Shown: one piece after another, positions 56,641 through 64,000 of the stretch
Numbering within the stretch: the stretch's first letter is position 1
Layout of the letters: each line of letters begins with the position of its first letter
Origin: Eledone cirrhosa
Taxonomy: Eukaryota
Direction of reading: 5' to 3'
Length of the DNA: 64,000 bases
Assembly: GCA_964016885.1 (NCBI GenBank)
Contig: OZ024751.1
Location: 37,448,001 to 37,512,000 of the forward strand
Notes under the pieces: generated by a model
Told to the model about the DNA's origin: nothing
The model's input: only the letters and a program-made list of their open reading frames with translations
Database searches by the model: none
Translations under genes and position numbers: made by a program

Positions 56641-57728
56641 TATATAATATATATATATATAATATATATATATAATATATATATATATATAATATATATA
56701 TATAATATATATATATATAATATATATATATAATATATATATATATGTAATATATATATATAATATATATAATATATATATATAATATATATATATAAAT
56801 GTAATATATATATAATATATATATATAAATATAATATATAATATATATATAAATATAATATATAATATATAATATATATATAAATATAATATATATATAA
56901 ATATAATATATAATATATATAATATATATATATATAATATATATATAATATATATATAATATATATATAATATATATATAATATATATATAATATATATA
57001 ATATATATATAATATATATATAATATATATATAATATATATATAATATATATATAATATATATATAATATATATATAATATATATATAATATATATATAA
57101 TATATATATAATATATATATAATATATATATAATATATATATAAAATATATATATATATAATATATATATAATATATATGTATATAACATATATATAATA
57201 TATATGTATATATAATATATATATATATATAATATATATATTATATATATATAATATATATATATATAATATATATATAATATATATATATATAATATAT
57301 ATATATAATATATATATATAATATATATATATATAATATATATATATAATATATATATAATATATATGTTTATTATATATATATATAATATATATATATA
57401 ATATATATATATAATATATATATATTATATATATATATAATATATATATAATATATATATATATATTATATATATAATATATATATATTATATATATATT
57501 ATATATTATATATATATTATATATTATATATATATTATATATATATTTATATAATATATATAATATATATAATATATATATATATAATATATATATATAT
57601 ATTATATATATAATATATATATATTATATATATATTATATATTATATATATATTATATATTATATATATATTATATATATATATATATAATATATATAAT
57701 ATATATAATATATATATATAATATATAG
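53982..57728. repeat. ~3.7 kb almost pure A/T degenerate (TA)n/(TAA) satellite
   Basis: Only a handful of G or C bases; source of the 628 aa and 336 aa Ile/Tyr pseudo-ORFs. Confidence 0.97.
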
Positions 57729-57818
57729 TAATAATAATAATAATAAAATTGAAGACTAAAATCCAAAGAGGGCTCGATAAGGAAAATATATATCAAATAT
57801 ATAAGAACCGAAGAGCAA

Positions 57819-58870
57819 ATATTTATTAATATAACAGATTAAAGTTTAAGCAAAGAATCGCTGCTTTCACCCTTAACGGGATCTTCTGAAACTAACAAAG
57901 TCAATCTGTAAACGCAGAACTGGATATTTCAAAAAACGTTGTATATGTTTTGTTTATTCCTTTACTTAATTGCATAGGTAAGTATATATTACCCGTATGT
58001 TTTGTGAAGGTATGTATACCTTCTCGTACGTATATTTGACTGTTATGGCGTATAATTTTTACATATTCTGGTATTTAGGGTTTGGTTATGTGTATATGGG
58101 AGTTTTGCGTCTGCGTGAGTATGTGTATATGTGTACTTCTTGTTTTAGTTGACTTACGTCTCCGAACTTTCGTGTATTTATTTGTAGGTATGTGTGTGCG
58201 CTTGTTATATACGTATTTATTTACTTATATACGTTTATATAATTATTTATTTATTTGTACACAAGCATACACACATACACATATTTATATGTGCGTGGTT
58301 TTGTATACCTATGGTAAGGTTTTGCGTATGCTTGTGTATGTACGTATCTGTTTGAGTGTATGTATTTATTTGTTTCTATTACTTCTGTATTGTATTTATT
58401 TACTTTGTTCTTAACACTGTAGCGGAGATTCATTCGGTCTCCTAGTTAGAATTTTAGTCTACAACTTCCGCTATACCATTTACATGGTTTTGTCTTTGCG
58501 TGCTATTGTTCTCCACGCTCCACATATGACTTATTATCTTCGTTTTTTCGTTCATTGCCAGAGAACGTCTCTATGCACCACTTAGAGAACATTAGTCTAC
58601 GACCTCTTTTATACCATAAACGTGGTTCTGTCTTTGCGCGTAATTGTTTTTCACCGCTCCTATTAATGACTTATTCGTTTTTTCCCGTTCTTTGCCAGCG
58701 AACGTCACCATGAACCAAAGTATCGTCTTCCTGTCTTCCTCCGGTTGCAACGTTTTTTGAAATATCCAGTTCTGCGTTTACAGATTGACTTTGTTAGTTT
58801 CAGAAGATCCCGTTAAGGGTGAAAGCAGCGATTCTTTGCTTAAACTTTAATCTGTTATATTAATAAATAT
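57819..58870. mobile_element. Element with 123 bp inverted ends and a ~800 bp interior, embedded in AT satellite
   Basis: 57819-57941 is the reverse complement of 58748-58870. The interior has a diverged ~137 bp tandem duplication (58449-58580/58586-58717). Confidence 0.8.
58796..58846 (+). ncRNA. Candidate hammerhead with a CAGAAGA core and a full stem III (mirror copy at 57843-57893, minus)
   Basis: AGTTT CAGAAGA TCCC-GTTAA-GGGT GAAA GCAG-CGATTCT-TTGC TT^AAACT. Confidence 0.5.
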
Positions 58871-58982
58871 ATAATATATATATATATATAATATATATAT
58901 ATAATATATATATTATATTATATATATTATATTATATATATATTATATTATATATATTATATTATATATATTATAATATATA

Positions 58983-59015
<33 letters not shown>

Positions 59016-59069
59016 CGTTTCTGAATTTGTTTAGCAAGATTCTTTATCTGAAATCGTGTGTTGAAACCG

Positions 59070-59698
59070 ATATTGTTATACTTTGGGAGGATCATGTTGC
59101 CAATAAGAAACACACGCACCAGTTGCTTTCACTTCAATTTATTATATATTTATAAATGTATAAATTTACAAATCTACAAACTTATAAATTTCTGGTTGGT
59201 TGGTTGGTTCCACAACCAGATAGTTGTTTATATATAGTCATAGTCCTTTCGTCACACACTCTGTGACCTCTTCGGTGACTGGGGATTCCTTTCTTTGTTT
59301 CTGTGCCTTTCCTTTCTTCTATCCTACGCCATTTTGTTTCTGTGTGTGTGTTGTGTGCTCAGTTTGCGCATGCGCCACATCCGGGTGTCTGTGTGTGTTT
59401 GTGTTCATTTATCTATTTGTTTATTTATTTATTTATTTATTGTTGGTTGGTTGTTTGTTCTATGTGTGTGTGTGTTTTCATTTTGTCCTGTCCTGAAGAG
59501 GTCACAGAGTGTGTGACGAAAGGACTATGACTATATATAAACAACTATCTGGTTGTGGAACCAACCAACCAACCAGAAATTTATAAGTTTGTAGATTTGT
59601 AAATTTATAAATTTATAAATATATAATAAATTGAAGTGAAAGCAACTGGTGCGTGTGTTTCTTATTGGCAACATGACCCTCCCAAAGTATAACAATAT
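59070..59698. mobile_element. Family-F fold-back element with ~204 bp arms and a ~220 bp spacer, between TA tracts
   Basis: 59070-59273 is the reverse complement of 59495-59698. Arm homology ends exactly inside a hammerhead core. Confidence 0.85.
59236..59280 (-). ncRNA. Minimal hammerhead, CCGAAGA core variant (family F)
   Basis: Minus strand: AGTCA CCGAAGA G GTCACA-GAGTG-TGTGAC GAAA G-GA-CTA^TGACT, with a perfect stem I. Confidence 0.7.
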
Positions 59699-60092
59699 AT
59701 ATATATATAATTATATATTATATATAATATATAATATATATAATATATATATAATTATATATATAATATATATATATATAATTATATATATAATATATAT
59801 ATATATATAATATATATAATATATATAATATATATATTTATATAATTATATATATAATATATATATATATAATATATATAATATATATAATATATATATT
59901 TATATAATATATATATATATAATATATATATAATATATATATAATATATATAAAATATATATATAATATATATATAATATATATATAATATATATATATA
60001 ATATATATAATATATATATATAATATATATAATATATATAATATATATATATAATATATATAATATATATAATATATATATATATAATATAA

Positions 60093-60136
<44 letters not shown>

Positions 60137-61048
60137 GGAGGAAGAGAGAGAACGAGAGAGAGTAGGAAGGATAAGAGTATGAAGAGGCGTTAAGAAGGAA
60201 ACCAATTAGAATTTAAAAAAAATAAACGATCATCACGTAATTAGAAATCGAAGGGCTTCTATATTATCTCTTATAAATAAATAAAAATATAAGAAAAAAA
60301 TGGATAAAACCCCAGAAAAAAACTAATTAATTATAATTTCATGGTAATGAGTGTTCTTAGGAATGTGAATAAGGAGAATAAACGGTGATAGAGGGAAAAC
60401 AATAACATGATTGTAAAGAAACTTGTCACTAAAAATAAAGGAAAATAAAATTTCTATTAGTTGTAAATGGTTTTGTGCATTCAAATCAAATATCAGAATT
60501 TTGTTTTAGTTCTTCAGTTCTATCATTTTGATTAAATTGTAGAAAACAAGAGGTTTAGCACAAATACGAATGAAGGTTTTAAAATAATTAAACTACAAAA
60601 GAAAATAAATAATAAATAAAGGAAGAGAATTAATTCGCTTAAATGTTAGTGAATATTTGGATTAAATAATTAGGAAAAACTAAATCGAGACAAACAAACG
60701 ATAAATTTATTTTGTGAAGCAGATAGTAAATATAATCAGGAAGTACCGGAATAAATCAAAGAATGAAGAAAAGAAATCCATTTGAACTTTGAAATATTTG
60801 TCTGATTCTAGAAGAACTTCTCCAAATTTAAATTCTACGTAGAATTAATTTATGGATTTGACTTAAAGCAAAAATATAAACAAGCATAGCTTGGTAAAAG
60901 TAGTAGTATCATTATCGCCTTTACCATCATTACTAAGTATATGCAATCGCTGATTTCGGAACAGAAACATTGAATCATACATGAATAGTTTTATACATGT
61001 AATATGGCTACACATACACACACACATTATATATACATATATATATAC

Positions 61049-61097
<49 letters not shown>

Positions 61098-61315
61098 ATA
61101 TATATATATGTAATATTAAGGATACTATTTATGGTTATGTATATACTAAAACTTTTTATAATTATATATATATTAAACCCTAAACAGTGAAGGTCAGTAT
61201 TTTATTACTACCTTATTACCAGTAAGATAAATAGCTCAATTTAATAACATCAGTTGTTCTACAGAGCAGTTATATAGAATTCACAAGAATCAAAGCTATG
61301 TTCAAAGCATTTATT

Positions 61316-61362
61316 CACTTACAATTGTTTCATCCAAACCTAGGCTTGGAGTCGTCGGAACA
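61316..61362 (-). ncRNA. Hammerhead, family E (CCGACGA core)
   Basis: Minus strand: TGTT CCGACGA CTCCAAGCC-TA-GGTTTGGAT GAAAC-AATT-GTA^AGTG. Confidence 0.65.
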
Positions 61363-61573
61363 TTTTTCAATGTTTGTACACATAATTGACCTCCTTTCCA
61401 ACGCAAGAGACATACAGATATATATGTATATATTGATGTACAGTGGAGTGACATATATTATATTATATTATATTATTTCTGTAAAGCAATTCAAATTCAA
61501 AATCAAAATTAAAACAAAATTAAAACAAAATTAAAACAAAATTAAAATACATTCGGCAGTTAACATAGATAAT

Positions 61574-61673
61574 TGTTTCTACTATTGGCACAAGGCCAGA
61601 AAATACCCAGTACATTACTGGTACTTTATTTTATCGACCCCGTAAGGATGAAAGGCAAAGTTAACCTCGGCGG
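61574..61673 (-). mobile_element. 5'-truncated SINE inserted in one hairpin arm, with TSD GATAAT
   Basis: GATAAT occurs at 61568-61573 and 61674-61679. The opposite arm shows the empty site ...AACATAGATAATGCAAGAGG.... Confidence 0.9.
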
Positions 61674-62195
61674 GATAATGCAAGAGGATAGTTTGTTAGT
61701 CAGATGTATTAGTTAGTGTATGCGTTAGTTACCTACGGAGCATGCACGTGTGTCTCATTTATATATGATTAATGTGTGGCAGGGTGTTACATGTAATACA
61801 AGCACTTTAAGCGGGTAAGTAAGAGTATTATGGAGGTTGTAGTGGTAAGGTATTTTTTGTATATTACTTACCCGCTTAATGTGCTTGTATTACATGTAAC
61901 ACCCTGCCACACAATAATCATATATAAATGAGACACACGTGCATGCCCCACGTGTAACTAACGCATACACTAACTACTACATCTGACTAACAAACTATCC
62001 TCTTGCATTATCTATGTTAACTGCCGAATGTATTTTAATTTTGTTTTAATTTTGTTTTAATTTTGATTTTGAATTGCTATACAGAAATAATATAATATAA
62101 TATGTGTCACTCCACTGTACATCAATATACACATATGTATCTGTATGTCTCTTGCGTTGGAAAGGAGGTCAATTATGTGTACAAACATTGAAAAA

Positions 62196-62242
62196 TGCTC
62201 CGAAGACTCCAAACCTAGGTTTGGATGAAACAATTGTAAGTG
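62196..62242 (+). ncRNA. Hammerhead, family E (CCGAAGA core)
   Basis: TGCT CCGAAGA CTCCAAACC-TA-GGTTTGGAT GAAAC-AATT-GTA^AGTG, with the palindrome ACAATTGT. Confidence 0.72.
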
Positions 62243-62279
62243 AATATAGCTTTGATTCTTGTGAATTCTATATATATAC

Positions 62280-62326
<47 letters not shown>

Positions 62327-62365
62327 CGAAACATAAGTCAATTGCATGAACTCATAATCCTTTAT

Positions 62366-62425
62366 TTACTCCTATATATATTTCGATGATAGCCATTGGA
62401 TGGCTATGACCTCATGAGGCAGTTA
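62366..62425 (-). ncRNA. Hammerhead, family D, with a mutated core (CTCATGA)
   Basis: Minus strand: TAACTGC CTCATGA GGTCATAGCCAT-CCA-ATGGCTATCATC GAAAT-ATAT-ATA^GGAGTAA. Confidence 0.55.
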
Positions 62426-62466
62426 CTCAGTTCTTATATATGCCAGACATATATATATATATATTA

Positions 62467-62503
<37 letters not shown>

Positions 62504-63046
62504 CATATTAAAACCACTCGGTTGAGAACTTATTCGATTTGTGCTATTTATGCTATTTTTTGCATGATTTACACCTACTGAATTAATTTGCCAACATCTG
62601 GGGTTATTCCCCTTGTGATTTCCACACGTGGGTTAACTTACCACCGTGTCATTCACTTATTTGGTACAGAGCGAAATGCCTGTTGATAACGTGATATTCC
62701 TTGTTCGATCATTATACACAAAGCTTATATTTTTAAGCAGGCTGTATTTTGATTTCGGTGTCACAGAAACTCTACATCGGACTTTAACAGCAAATCCGGG
62801 AGTCCAGGTCTGGTTATCATGTATTTTTTATCATTTATTTTGTTTTGACCTGTTTAGCTTGATTTGGTTTTGGGCTTGGGTGGTTAATGCCTTCTTGACC
62901 ACTTTTTCAGTCTTGTATGGCTTCTTAACACATTGTTTAGCTCTGGTTTTAACTATTGAGCACTTTGCCAGTATCATTTCTGATTTTTGCGTTTCGCTTC
63001 GCTTTTCCTGCCCGCCGAAATGCGATTATCGCTGAATCTTTATTTG

Positions 63047-63662
<616 letters not shown>

Positions 63663-64000
63663 GATGAGATTCTACAGGACTAGAACGGTTTCATTCTTTA
63701 GAAATCATCATAAATCTCTGTGGTTACCTCCGATTCAACCCGGAATAACATATATATATATATATATATGGCTATACACACACATTATATTGACATACAC
63801 ACACACATATATACACACATTATATACACACACACATTATATACATACACACATTATATACACGCACATTATATATATATATACACACATTATATATATA
63901 TACATACACAGAAACACGCACACAGAAACGTTCTCTCTAGCGTTCATTCAAAGTCGTATATTTACTTAAAGATAACTTGGCAGTGACACATATTCGCCTC

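Larger units (their letters stand above)
61111..62277. mobile_element. Family-E fold-back element (arms 61271-61822 and 61864-62277, 41 nt loop) with both ends in (TA)n
   Basis: The arms are reverse complements. The left arm extends on the minus strand to ~61111, matching 35480-35660, and contains a SINE insertion. Confidence 0.85.

Noticed and set aside
54189-57190. Long ORFs of 628 aa and 336 aa, and the many other Ile/Tyr-, His/Thr- and Val/Cys-rich ORFs
   Set aside because: They are translations of (TA)n, (CA)n and (TG)n satellites that lack stops by composition; no domain content.

Overview
Very AT-rich, microsatellite-saturated eukaryotic non-genic DNA. The dominant tRNA-derived SINE and the repeat landscape resemble an octopus/cephalopod genome (inferred from memory of the repeat, not searched). 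I see no credible intact protein-coding gene: nearly all listed ORFs are translations of (TA)n, (CA)n, (GA)n or trinucleotide repeats. Recognisable content is about 12 SINE copies (three with target-site duplications), 3' remnants of RTE and Vingi/Ingi-like LINEs, a mariner fragment and a related MITE, a non-autonomous Helitron, and a 1.56 kb inverted duplication. The most interesting signal is a dense, multi-family set of short non-coding elements. Most are divergent fold-back hairpins whose outer ends run into (TA)n tracts, and they carry minimal type I hammerhead ribozymes: CUGANGA...GAAA core, stems I and II, and a tiny palindromic stem III suited to dimer cleavage. This fits Penelope-like pLTR or retrozyme-type elements. 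Some families carry non-canonical cores (CCGAAGA, CAGAAGA) or CUU/CUA/AUA cleavage triplets, and one family shows a compensatory change in the stem III palindrome. All RNA structures were paired by eye and are untested.
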